Assembly (NCBI GenBank): GCA_028534125.1
Contig: CM052818.1
Coordinates: 27,654,001 to 27,718,000 of the forward strand
DNA: 64,000 bases
Source: Lama glama
Taxonomy: Eukaryota
Reading direction: 5' to 3'
Part shown: in pieces, positions 1 to 11,894 of the stretch
How the letters are laid out: every line of letters begins with the position of its first letter
Numbering within the stretch: the first letter of the stretch is position 1
Notes under the pieces: model-generated
The model's input: the letters and a program-made list of their open reading frames with translations, nothing else
Database searches by the model: none
Told to the model about the DNA's origin: nothing
Program-made: the position numbers and the translations under genes

Positions 1-611
1 TATAATACAAATACTTAACAGGAATCCATTCCTCAGAGAAAAACAAAAATAAAGCCCGAGGGTTCCGATTAGCATTATTAGAATATCTGGGAATAGGACT
101 GCATTACTGGAAAAACACTTCGAGTTTCTGCTCTTTGAATTATTAATACTGGAAAGAAGAAAACTATGTTGTCCTTCTAAATATTCATTCCAGAAGTTTG
201 CAGAAAATTGTAAGACTCAAACTCTGGAGTCTTCACAGTGATGTTGGGTTCAAATATAGTGCTCCTTTTAGGAATGACCAGTAGTGGTGGACAAACTCTT
301 CGGCATTAAACTCCGAGTAAGGGTCAAAAAGATTGATCTTCATTCAGAAATAGTCTCCTGTTTCTTTTTTATACTTTGGACATTACTCTTATTTCTATAA
401 CCCTATTAAGCATAATTATTTTAGGCTATACATTTGATAATTCTAACATTTACAGTCTTCCTGGGTCTGTTTCTATTTTTTTTAAATAATGAGTATATAT
501 TTTATGGTGCATAATTTATGGGAATTTTTGGGGGGGGACCAATTTTAAGATACTTTAAAGAGAATCTTCATTTGCTTATGAGAAGTGAATACTCATTCTT
601 AACTAATTTCT

Positions 612-799
612 TTTTTTCTTTTTATGGTAAAGTGAAAGCAAGTTTATTTAGAGAGATACACACTCCACAGACAGAGTGGGGTCTGTCTCACGCAGAAGGG
701 AAAAGGACTTAGGAGATATACACTCCACAGGCAGAATGTGGGTCATCTCAAAAGGCGAGAGGGGGAGAAGCCAAGAGGTGTTGGAAGGTGTTTAGTTTA
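612..799 (-). mobile_element. Polyadenylated ERV1-LTR fragment (approximately the R region), probably an L1-mediated retrocopy
   Basis: The minus strand resembles the solo LTR at about 26430-26610 (GAGACAG.CCCAC..CTCTGTCT.TGGAGTGTGTA). AATAAA lies at 643-648 (minus) and the A-tail at 612-623. Flanking direct repeats are AACTAATTTCT (601-611) and AAGTAATTTCT (800-810). Confidence 0.75.
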
Positions 800-1279
800 A
801 AGTAATTTCTAAGCTCCATATCCCTTCCTCCCATATGAGTCGTGTTAATTCTGGCTGTAACCAGGTGAATTTAGGCTCACAAATTCAAATCCCCAGGGAA
901 ACATTTCTACCTTTCCCTCCCCTCCATCCAGAGCCAAGATGAGATGCCAAGTGTCTTCACTGTCTCCTTCATCAGAGATTTCTTTCCTAGTTTATATCCT
1001 TTCGTGGAAGGTGTCGCATTCTGCAGGTCCTGGCTTTCTGTGAGATTGTCCTTCAAAGGTATAGCTTCCCCCACCAAGTCTTTGCTGATTCTAGTATCAT
1101 CATGCCTTAGCTCAGATGTAACCTGTGCAGAGAGTCCTTTTCTGACTGTCGGAAGTAGACAGACTTCCTGGTCATGTCATCCTATTTTATTGTCTTCATG
1201 CCCTGAGCAATATCTGAAACTGTCTAGTTTTCTATTTCATTATTATTTTTAAAATCATCTTTCCCAATAGACTATAAAC

Positions 1280-1400
1280 AGCACAAGTGTTAGAACTTCC
1301 CCTTTTATTCATTGCTGCATCCCCAGGGCTTGAAGTGGTGCTCAGCCCAAAGTAGGCCCTCAAAAATTTATATTGAATAAGAAATTGATGGAATGAGCTA
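1280..1400 (+). mobile_element. L2 LINE 3' end remnant
   Basis: TTCATTGCTGCATCCCCAGGGC...GTAGGCCCTCAAAAATTTATATTGAATAA resembles the L2 terminus. Confidence 0.6.
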
Positions 1401-1535
1401 ATAGGATGGGTTAACATCATGGACCACCACACCCCTTGATACACAAAAGTTAACTTCCTTCTAGTCTTCAGACTCAGGTTGATGGAAAAAAAAAAAAGGC
1501 GAGGGGACATACAGGCTAGATACAATCACAATAAC

Positions 1536-2012
1536 TGTTGTGCTTTGTCATTGTTACCTTGGTTCAACTGCCCTTTCCTCTCCCTCCACTTTGACCTGGG
1601 CACCCTGTCAAGTGGCTGGGGCTGAGAGCAGTCAGACCTCTGCTGTGTGATAAAGTAGGAGATGAGATTCAGGTGTGACTGTCTCAGGACTTGTATCCCT
1701 TAGTATTGTAGTGAGGACTTGCTGCCAGATGTCCATCCTCTAGGAGGTGATGGCAGGATATGGTGCTAAGTCTCTCTTTGGCATATGTCTTGGCTGGTGC
1801 TTAGTTCACCTGAAAGAGTCAGAGATGATGGGGACTCCAGCTACATGTGAGGTGTCCCCTGATAGGTCAGAGTATTGCCGCTTTGCCTCTTCTCCTTTTT
1901 CTGGCCTTAGATCTGGGTTTCTGTTCATCTTTTATTTTCTGATCTCAGTTCGTAACTTTGATCTATAACAATAAATCTGCAACTGTGCCTGGTTGATTTC
2001 TTATCTCTTTAC
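1536..2012 (+). mobile_element. Probable ancient solo LTR, family unresolved
   Basis: TG...CA span of about 480 bp, locally richer in GC, with AATAAA at about 1969 roughly 40 bp from the end. No TSD seen. Confidence 0.35.
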
Positions 2013-2600
2013 AGAAGCTTCCATACCACATTCCAGGTCCCCAACTTAAATCTCTGCTTCCTATTTTTTTTTTAACCATTGCTATGCTTTGACTTTGTCC
2101 TCTCCCATTTAAAAAAAAAAGATGAATTTAGGAGGAAAAATATAAACAAAGCATGTTTCCTCAGGCATTTATTTCTCATTCCTCAGGCATTCACCTCCTA
2201 TGAACATTTGCATTGTTCACAAGTCATATGTTCAGATAAATGATTTTAGACCCACGACACAATCCATATCGTGTGTTACGCTGGATCCCACTCAGGGGAA
2301 ATGAATTAACGCAGCAAAACGTGTTATTAGTTGAGGCCAGAGTTGGCTGTGAGATTCTCTAGGGACCTGTGCACATTTGGGGAGTCAGCTGAGGGCTCAG
2401 AGGGTCGCATACACTGGGCTGGGTGTGTATGAACATAAACACATGCGCAGAGCCCAAAAGCCCTTCCTCTGTGGAAATCTTTTGGGGGGATGTAATCGCT
2501 CAGAGTAGGGTGGGGTTCCGTTCTTTGGTGTAAGGAAAATACATATTGATACTTTTCTAAGTAAAATTTTGTGGTTCAAGAAAATTACAAAATGCTAAAC

Positions 2601-2653
2601 TTTTCCAGTTTTATTGAGAAATAATTGACACACGTTGCTGTATAAGTTTAAGG
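2601..2653 (-). mobile_element. L1 extreme 3' tip (L1MA9-like)
   Basis: CCAGTTTTATTGAGAAATAATTGACA...TGTATAAGTTTAAGG matches the antisense L1MA-type 3' end. Confidence 0.55.
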
Positions 2654-4051
2654 CTAGAATATTGAAATGGAAATAAAAATAAAAAAGTAATTGGAAATTC
2701 CTTCTATATCTCTAATGAGATCCAAAAGTGTTAACCGTTCAGATTTGCAAATTTATGAAGGAAAGCAGTATTTTAAAGTGACATTACTTCTATGTCAGGG
2801 ATGTCATCGTTGCTTGGATGTTCATAAAAAAAGTAAAGATTTATGATTCTTGAAAGTGTGAGATCAGAAGTGGCACTGATTCTCCATTATATGATGTATA
2901 TATTTCAGAGGCTGAACTTACGTTTGGAAGTAAATTAGCTTCATGGGACACATCGTGAAAGTAAGATTGGATTAGTTTATTTTTATCCTAGGACTGTTCT
3001 TAAGGGTATTCTAAGTAAGCTATGATTCTTTTTAAATGAAATCACTTCAGCATTTCTCTCTGAAACTCATGCTAAAAAGAAAAAAAGAAAAATTGAATCT
3101 GTAGGGGGCAATAATCTGGTCCTGATGGTCAAAAGGGATACAACTATGTTTTATGAAATATCCTTCCGTTACTGACATGGAAGTGACATTATGTTCCCTT
3201 TAAAATATCCTTCCGGAGTTGTATAAATGAAAACATATTTTCCTCTGACTTCCTTCCTTCTAACTGCTCTTCAGCCTGTCTTTGGTCTTTCTGCTCTTAT
3301 CTGCCATTTCTTTTGTCCCTTCTTTGCCCCTCAACCCTATCACTTTGATCTGTATTTCCTTATAATTTCCACTCCATTCTTCTTTAATTTGAAACTTCCT
3401 TCTTTATTTCTCTAGCATCTTTTCTCTACTGCACTGGAATCCTTCTTTGGAATCAAATAGTCATGTTGATTATGGAAAAAGGAAAACAGTGTCAGATGTT
3501 GCCCTCTGCCCATAAATAACAGAAACCCCCACAGACATAAGTATTAAAATGTTTTTCCCATTTTAGGAGTTTTGCTGGATGTCTTTGATCCGTGTGGCTT
3601 TATCGTAGACTATCTGCCTTTGAAGAATACGCAAGATGATGATGTATAATGCTGATTGCACTTAACGATGGATATTTTTATTCAAATAACTTCTCATTGA
3701 GTGAGTAAACTTACAGAGCTGACTTCTCCTTCAAATTAAGGGAGCAGATTGGTTAGGTTTAATCAGTCAAGGCTTCATGGAGGAAGGTGATGACACCCAA
3801 GATGGTCTCTTGAAGGTTAAGTGATAAATAATACCTTATATCAGGGATGTCATTTATGTGTCACTCATACTTCCTCTGCTGTACTTGGCTTTCATGACAG
3901 ACATCACTAATCAACCAGAGCACCCTTTCCTGTTTCAACCTGGATTTGGCCCCATACTCCTAAGCATTACAGGTAGTCACTATAACTTTACTGGATGTGT
4001 TACCTAAGTTGAAACCGATTTGCCCCCTTTGTTTTAGACAAGGTCACTGTA

Positions 4052-4184
4052 CTTTTTTGTTTGTTTTACTTTTTCTGGGGGAGGTAATAAGGTTTATTTA
4101 TTTTTAATGGATGTACCGAGGATTGAACCCAGGACCTCATGCATACTAAGCAGCTCATTCTACCACTGAGCTATACCCTCCCCC
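4052..4184 (-). mobile_element. tRNA-Ala-derived SINE (camelid Vic-1-like)
   Basis: Minus strand GGGGGAGGGTATAGCTCAGTGG (A box)...GGTTCAATCC (B box), then an A-rich tail. Perfect 17 bp TSD TAGACAAGGTCACTGTA at 4035-4051 and 4187-4203. Confidence 0.92.
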
Positions 4185-4239
4185 TATAGACAAGGTCACT
4201 GTATACACCTGATAGCCTCCCATCTCACAGATGCTACAA

Positions 4240-4400
4240 TACACATAACCTATGAGGTAGATACAATTTAAAGGACACACACACAGGAGGAAATTTTGCA
4301 ACTCAGGAGAATTTAAGTGACTCACCAAGGTCACACAGCTGGTAATAGAAATAATTCAGCTCTTCTTATGACAAGATTGGTACTTTGTTCTCTACAGCTG
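4240..4400 (-). mobile_element. MIR SINE remnant
   Basis: ACCTATGAGGTAG...TTAAGTGACTCACCAAGGTCACACAGCTGGTAA is the MIR core. Confidence 0.7.
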
Positions 4401-6897
4401 CTTAAACAGCTAACTGTGGATGTGTGTCTCAGATATCCTTAAGAAGTAGCTAGGAAGTGGTAAAAGAAAATTCCAGTTGTGTTGGGGGAATTCTTGTTCC
4501 AGGGTCACAGCAAGACGGCATTGAGGGTTGGTGTTGAGATAGGCTGCCACCTACTTGGGGTAGATAGGAAGTACTAAAAATGGAACCTAATGTTTCCCTG
4601 AAATTCCATTCCCCATCAACGCTTCTATGAAGATACATCTCACCTCAATAGTGCTTGGAATCTCAGTGATATTTCTTTGGATTTGGGGAGTCTTTTTTTT
4701 TTTTTTTAAGCTTGTCACTACTGGTAAACCAAGAAACCAATTCAACTTGTAGTTCTTAATGGAAAAAGATATATCACATCATTTATTGTTACATTGGAAA
4801 TCCACAGCAGTGCTTAGAGATAGTAAGAATCAGGGAAAGGACATTATTTTAAAGCTTGGAAAGTCACCAAAGAGGGAAGGCTTAAATGTGGGTGATTATA
4901 AAAAAAGGCCACTGCATGCATGCATTGAAGAGAAACACTAGCTTTTCAGTTTCATAGGAGACCGGTCCTGCAGTATCCCAGGGAAGACTCCTTTCCCTTG
5001 ATCCTTTCCCTTCCAAGTCCCAATCTCCCCCTGCCTTTTTCACATAGTGTGAGTGGCAGAAGGACATTACTTTTCCCAAACAATCCAGGCAAAAATGTCC
5101 TCCCAACCAAACATTTAGAAGATTAGATGTACATTTAAAAAATATTACAAGAGGTATTTCATAGTTTTGCATGTTTGCATAATGATAAAATCTACTCCTT
5201 AGTTATTTTCCTTAATAAGCTGAAAAATGCCATACAAACATACAGTGGAATCAGTAAGGGGCGAACCTATATTGTCAATCTGATCTTCCCTCTACTTCAT
5301 CAGTTACTTTGCCTCAATCCTCATCCAAAGCACTTTTCTTTTCCATTGTCACAAATCAAAAAAAAGTCTCAGAATAATAGGATATTTCAAGAGGCATCCT
5401 ATTATTCTTCATACTAGAACATATTTCCTTTCTCGTGTTATTTTCTTAATACGAACTCTAGCTAGGAAGAAAGCACCATGATCAACAACCCAACCTCCTA
5501 AACACTGTGTAGAGTTCTGAGAATATGCTCATTGGATCAACTAAAATTTGACTCTGCGATTATGTAGGGAACTTGTAGTTCTAAAAATTTTTATCTTGAG
5601 GGGAATAACACATAACAGTGCAGAATATAGTATGCACCATATTTTTATGCTGATGAGTCAGTATTATTTCCATGTGATTTTAATGAATCTTTTCTCAAAG
5701 AGTTATTTGTAGAAATGAGTTGTTTAAAAATCAATTATGTGAAAATGAAGGCCCTCTCTGCATCTCACTCTGCTAGAAACCAACAAATTTGAAAACTAAT
5801 ATCTATATTATTCATAATGTTCTTCTCTTAAGGAGATGGAAACTGAAATTTAATTTTGGAAGATGGGATTTGCTAATTGATCTCGCTGAACTATTGAGGA
5901 AATGAGAATATAAACGGGTTTAAGAAAAAGGACATGCTGTAATACAAATTTATGAAAATGCATATTATCCATGATTCTATTATATATTCCAAGAACTTAC
6001 ATTAATTCATTCCTGTGGCTTTTAAGACCTCTTTCAAAGGAAAAAATCATATTTGCTTATGCTAATGCTATTATTTGTTATGTGAACATTGGAATAAAGT
6101 ATTCTTTTGAAATAAATGTTAGTTTTTCCCAGATCCAGAAATCCTAATATAAGGAAATAAAATCCGGGACTTTGCATGTTCTTGAGTGAATGTAAGTCTT
6201 TACTTTCTGGGAGATTGAACAGTAGTAGCAAGGGACATGCTGTCAATGAGCTAATGGTGAGGGTCCTTTCAGGGTCCCTAGCTTGGGAGTTGGCATAAAT
6301 TCTTCAGAATCAGAAACATCTAGCTCCCTTAGAGGAGCTCTAGTTTTTAAAGAGCAGAGGGGAGAGAAATCAATATGCAATATTCACAAGTAACTAGAGA
6401 GCTAGTGTGAATAGCTAGTGTGGGGCAGCAGATACATCAGTAACCATCTCTTTTGTTGAAGAATAGATTAGCATTCATATTTACTCTCTGATCCATTGAG
6501 AAACACACACACAGACACACACACCCATACCCAAGCTACATCTGCTGGAGTCTCATTGTCATCTTGATCAAATTGAGAGTTTGTATGCTTACTTTCAAGA
6601 CTCTAGCTTTCTATTCTTACGTATCACTTTGAGGATCTGTAAAGCAGATGTTCTTCTGGTATAAATCCATGTGCCTTAAATTATTTTAGATCCTTTCAGT
6701 AAATCACCCCTCTCTAGTCTCTTTCCAGGAAGCACTGTTTCTGGGAAATGTGAACACAGGTGACTACTATACGCAGGGGGAGTGTGATAGAAGGAACCAG
6801 CAGTAGGGCATTTGCCCCCAGGCTCCAGTGTCCCCACTAGCACCACACACATCTTTGATCTTTGAGACAAACTTATGAAAAATATTCTTTCACAGTA

Positions 6898-6960
6898 AGA
6901 GGAAAGGAAAGGAAATAAAAGGAAAGAAGAAAGAAAGGAAAGGAAAGGAAAAGAAAGAGA
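6898..6960. repeat. GA-rich (GGAAA/GAAA)n low-complexity tract
   Basis: Seen directly in the sequence. Confidence 0.9.
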
Positions 6961-8649
6961 ACTGTAGATGCTAAACAATTTATCCAAGGTCCCTTAGGAG
7001 AGTTCACAGCTGGTCTGTTTTGAGGTGGAGGCTGCTGTGAACATGTGCCCCCTGTACCTCTGAGGCACTTCCAGCAGAAGGGACATGTGCTAGCAGCTAC
7101 CATCACTGCCCCTCACCCAGGAGAAACTGATAAAAAAGGAATGTCTTGTCCATTCTGGCCTTGCACTACCAGTAGCCTCTCCATCCTTTGCTCACACTAC
7201 CACTCCAGCCCCATATAACACAAATTCCCTTTATGGTATAAAATAGATACTGCCTGCTGAAGATTTTAGAACTTGTGGGAACAAAATCACTCTCTAGGTT
7301 GGCCAGATACACTCCTCACTTGCTAGGAAATGATCTGACTCTTAATTCCACGTTCACAGCGTGTCTATTGCCACCGTCTGCCAGGTGCCCTGGAAAACCT
7401 AATTAGACACAGGGGGTGAACATTTTACTTTCACTCAAGATAATATTCCTCCTGGATAAATCACTCTGGGACCCTGAAAAATAATAGTGTTTGACCAGCT
7501 TGATTTTAAAAGGACTAAATGAGCCTTCAGATTGTTTGGCTTTATTTGATACTTTAACACAAGGTACAATCTACATGATATATGGTTGGAAAATCTTTTC
7601 TTCTCTTGAGGGCAATTTTTACTTTAAACAAGGGCTTGACCCAAATTAGAGTGCAGCTATGTAACCTTTCCCAATTTTCTGTAGTTCCTTTGATATGATG
7701 AGAATCAATTTTCCCTCCTCCCTCCTTGTAAGATGAATGTTTTAAAGATGATACTGTTCTTTAGCAAGAACAGGACACGTGATCTGAAAAGCTAGCTTAT
7801 GTCTCTATTTGCCCAAATCTTCCTGTGTATTCATTTCATGTGGGTCTCTTCTGTATGAGTGGTGCTTAGTGGTAGGTGGTCACACAGACACTCTAATCAA
7901 GTCACTGTGTCTGATTTGGACCCATCCTTCCCTTGTGTGGTTACAGACCCTGGTTAGCAGATCCTGACCTCTCTGGCCCTGCCCAGCTGTGGACAGAGTC
8001 AGCCCTCCCCAGCGTCTGATCTGGTGCTGAACAGATCAAAGAACACATGGGAAGTCTCTTCTCCAACAATGAACAGGGTCCAAGTTAGATATGTTTATGC
8101 AGTCTGATGTTCTGTGTGATCTGTGTAAGTGCACTGCTACAGCTCCCTGGGGGTCTCAGCCTTTCCCTAAGCCCTGCCTTACTAGTCTGGTTTCAGGTTT
8201 TGGTTTAGTATCTCAGTTCCCCTACAGGGACTGGAAGCCCAGTTCAACTCTAGCTTCTTGGCTGAGACTCTTACTTTCTCTAGTCTCTGCTGATTGTCTC
8301 CATGAGGAGCCTGGACTCTGTCCTCAGCATCACCCAGCTCAGAGCTCAATGAATTGATGTCCACCTCCTGTGTGCACTGCACTGAATGATGATGTTTTCA
8401 TCCCAACTATCTTCAAAAATTGCTTGGCACCCACGTTTGAGCCTTTAAACTGCATCAAAGAGAACTGACTTAGATCACGTCCAAGCTCACCCACACTCAG
8501 ATAACTCTGTTGGGCTGGTGGATGGCCCTCATCTCTTCACCTCTTCAGGCTGACCACACATGGTCTGCCTTTCTTTCTCTTTTCAAACTCTGACAACCCA
8601 GTGTACCTGGAGGGCAACCCTTCCTAGAATTACTGATTCTTCAGTATTT

Positions 8650-8673
8650 TGTGTGTGTGTGTGTGTGTGTGTG
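8650..8673. repeat. (TG)12 microsatellite
   Basis: Seen directly in the sequence. Confidence 0.97.
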
Positions 8674-9429
8674 CATGCTTCTGAACTTGCCTCAGCGTCA
8701 AGCATGAGATCAGCCATGGACTGGCTGGTGTTGATGATGGAGAAAGGGTAAGAAATGCAAGAAATGATTTTATCTAGAAAGCATCACAGAGCTAAGAAAA
8801 GTAGGTTCTTATCTCATGCCTTCTACTTAATAATTAGGACCCCTAGCGTCTGGTGAATCGGTCCCCCACTTGCAGAGCTGGCCTCATGAGCAGCAAATGT
8901 GATACTTATGTAATTGCCTCACCATGTCTGGAGAGAGTGACAGTCACGATGATTTTGTTCTGTAGTGCTGTTCAGGCAATACTATATCATGAGTATATTA
9001 TGAGTTGAGAGGTCTTCACTGGAGACATAAGGAACACTGTCTCTCAAGTTCCACCAATTGACTTACCAAGCAAGTCACTTATGTGCAGGGACTCTGTGCT
9101 GGGCATCGCAGGTAGGCAGCTGACTGACCTAAATCACTCATCAGCTGAGTCATGCCCCAGCTGCTGAGCAGTTCCATAGGGATATTTGATACTGTTTTCC
9201 CACTTACGTGATCTGTGCAGATTTTGTTCTGGTTGATTATTCTATTTTTATTTCTTCTCTGCTCCCAGAGAAATTTCACTGCCTTGTAGGCATGAGTAAA
9301 ACTCATAAGCCGTATATTGTGAAGCAGATATAGCCTGCTTTCAACTCTTTCCTCTCCAATATTCTCCTGCAGCAGCCAGAGGAACTTCACGTTCCTCTGA
9401 GTTACCACTGCACTCACTCAGTAGTTTAC

Positions 9430-9545
9430 ATTGTGCAGGATCTTCCCTGTGCATTATTCATCTTTGGGTTCTTAGTGCCTGGTACGGTGGCTGGAACAAT
9501 ATGAATACTCAGTAGATGTCTGTTGAATGAATAAATGAATGAATG
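9430..9545 (+). mobile_element. L2 LINE 3' end
   Basis: TAGTGCCTGGTACGGTGGCTGG...CTCAGTAGATGTCTGTTGAATGAATAAATGAATGAATG, the L2 (TGAA)n terminus. Confidence 0.75.
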
Positions 9546-9552
9546 TTCTACT

Positions 9553-10370
9553 TTTAAAATAAGATTTTTATTTTTAGATCTGCTATAGATTTATAGAAAA
9601 ACTGAGAAGATGGTTCAGAAAGACCATATACCAGCACTCAGTTTCTGCTATTATCTTATAATAATGTTATATTTGTTACACTTAATGAAGCAATATCAAT
9701 ATATAATTATTAGTTAAAGTGCATACTTTATTCAGATGTCTTTAGCTTCTATCTAATGTCCTTTTTCTATTCTAGGATCCCACTCAGAACACCACCACAT
9801 TACAGTCACTTGCCATGTCTCCTATTAGGCCCCTCTCAACTCTGACGGTTTCTCAGATTTTCCTTGTTTTTTATGACCTGGAGGGTTTTGGGGAGTATCT
9901 GGTTTTGTGGTTCCTCTTCTGTTTCACTTGTGATTACTCTAGGGTCATGGGATTTTGAGTGGAAGACCACAGAGCTAAGTACCATTTTTACCACCACATC
10001 ACATTAACACATCATGACAACACACTGTCAACATGGCTTATCACTTGATGCTCACCCTGATAATCTGTCTGAGACAGTGTTTGTCAGTTTCTTCCATGGT
10101 AAAGTTACTCTTTCAATCCTTATCTTTTCATACTGTGCTCTTTAAAAGGAAGTCACTATGTGTAGCTCACACTTAAGAGGTGAGGAGCTATGGTGTGCTT
10201 CTTTGAGGGTAAGAGTACATCTGAAGGAATTTGGAATTTTCCTGCATGGGAGCATTATTTATTATCTCCATTTCTTTCTTTATTCAGTAATTTGCTTGAA
10301 TTATGTGGTTTTACGGGCATTTTCCACCTTGAGTAATAATCCAATCTATTTTATTTTTCACAATTAGATT
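9553..10370 (-). mobile_element. L1MC3/L1MD-type L1 3' UTR fragment
   Basis: Its reverse complement resembles about 17800-18610 (for example CTAGAATAGAAAAA and CATACTTTATTCAGAT). Typical old-L1 3' end. Confidence 0.75.
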
Positions 10371-10589
10371 GGACGTTCTTAGGAAAGTAGAACTGATTCT
10401 TGCTTCTGTCTCTCTAATTGCCTGACACACACAAGGTGACCCCAGGATAGACACTTGTTAGTTAATAGAACTAAAATAAGAATTGAGCTCCCAATGTCTG
10501 TAACAATATCCCAAAGCAGCCTAACTGGTCTTTTGATATTATCTTACTGTATTTAACTGCCATTTTGAAAAAAAAAATGTCAGAAATGG

Positions 10590-10720
10590 AAAGATCCTTA
10601 GAAATAAGTTAATCCAACACTCTCATTTACAGATGGTGAAATTTAGGACTGGAGAGAAAATTTATGGACCCACATGTGGGAGGAGAACCTACTTTTCCTA
10701 ACTTTCAGTGCGGTGCTCTT
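10590..10720 (-). mobile_element. MIR/MIR3 remnant
   Basis: CCTTAGAAATAAGTTAATCCAACACTCTCATTTACAGATGGTGAAATTTAGG. Confidence 0.6.
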
Positions 10721-10789
10721 TAGACATACTGCGTATGGTAGCACCTACTAGAGCGTCTGATGTTCTAATGTATTCAACGCAGGTTGGTT

Positions 10790-11640
10790 GAATTTGTATC
10801 TGTAGGCAAAAATGAGCGATCAAAGAGATTTTTCTCTGTTCTGTTTTTGTTTTGCAAAGTGAATTTTTACTTTCAACTGATCTGTGAGGCAGCAGTGCAA
10901 GAAAGAGTGGGAGTGGGGATAAGAATGATGATGAGGTGATAAGTTATTAAAGTAGACGAAGCGAGTGATGCTAAAGGCCTGTGCCAAACCATCAGCAGAG
11001 GAAAGAGAAGAGGAGATATATTGAGAGGCATTTTAGAAGCAGGAATGGTGTAATCTGTTACCAGTTAATATGGAGGGTGAGAAAGAAAGAGATGTTGATA
11101 GTGACTCTAGGGTCCCTGGCTTGGGCAATCAGATGGAAAGTGCTGTCACTAATCAAGACACAGCAGGTTTGGAGGGGAAGATGAACTTGTTAGGTGTGAG
11201 ATAGCCGTTTGACTTTTCGCACTTCTAGTGGGTAAAAGGAAACATGTGTGGAGCTTAGAAGAGAAATTAAAGTCCAAGGTATTGATATAAGAGTTACTGT
11301 CGATGGACCGATGAAGCCATTTGAGGCAATGATGTCACCTAAGAAAAGCAGAGAAAAGATGGGACTGACACCTGAGTTCAGTAGGGACAGAAGATAGAAG
11401 AGGCAGTAGGGAGTAAGAAGAAACCATCAGAGAACCAAGTGTGGAGGTGTGTGGGTTAGCTAGGTAAAAAGGGACGGTGAGTTGGTTAAATTCTGGGGTG
11501 AGATCAAATCAGACGAGGGTTTAAAGGAAGCTGTTGTGAATGACAGTAATCAGGTCATGGATGACCTTAGCAAGAGTCGTTCCAGTGGAGAGGTGGAGGG
11601 CTTTATGTAAAAGGACAGACACTGTAGAAATAGGGGGCTA
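10790..11640 (-). mobile_element. L2 LINE fragment
   Basis: Purine-rich antisense L2 pattern (GATAGTGACTCTAGGGTCCCTGGCTTGGGCAATCAGATGGA; GATGACCTTAGCAAGAG..TTCCAGTGGAG). Confidence 0.7.
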
Positions 11641-11750
11641 GATCAAACCCAGCATTTTCATTATGATTCTTCCTGGATTAAACTACCTTCATTTTCAAAG
11701 ATTACAGAAAACTACATGAGAAAGGATTTAAGTTAAGTAAGAAGACTGTC

Positions 11751-11894
11751 TTGTTTTTGTTGTTGTTTTTTTGGTTTGTTTTGTAGGGGGCAGATAATTA
11801 GGTTTTATTTTTGGAAGAGGTACTGGGGATTGAACCCCAGACTCACGCAGCTAAGCATATATTTTACCACTTGAGCTATATATACCCTCCCCCC
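11751..11894 (-). mobile_element. tRNA-derived SINE (Vic-1-like), second copy
   Basis: GAGGTACTGGGGATTGAACCC...ACCACTTGAGCTATATATACCCTCCCCCC with a T-rich tail, homologous to 4052-4184. Confidence 0.9.

Noticed and set aside
2157..2191. Short direct repeats (TTCCTCAGGCATT x2; similar at about 45347, 49290 and 62302)
   Set aside because: Ordinary slippage micro-duplications with no higher-order periodicity.
4105..4184. tRNA-Ala gene (also at about 11815-11894 and 35000-35075)
   Set aside because: A and B boxes are present, but the stems are broken and each copy has a SINE tail, two with clear TSDs. These are tRNA-derived SINEs.
4035..4203. CRISPR-like direct repeats, or a MITE with terminal inverted repeats
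   Set aside because: The 17 bp repeat occurs only twice and is a retroposon TSD. The DNA is mammalian, and no repeat-spacer array or cas gene is present.
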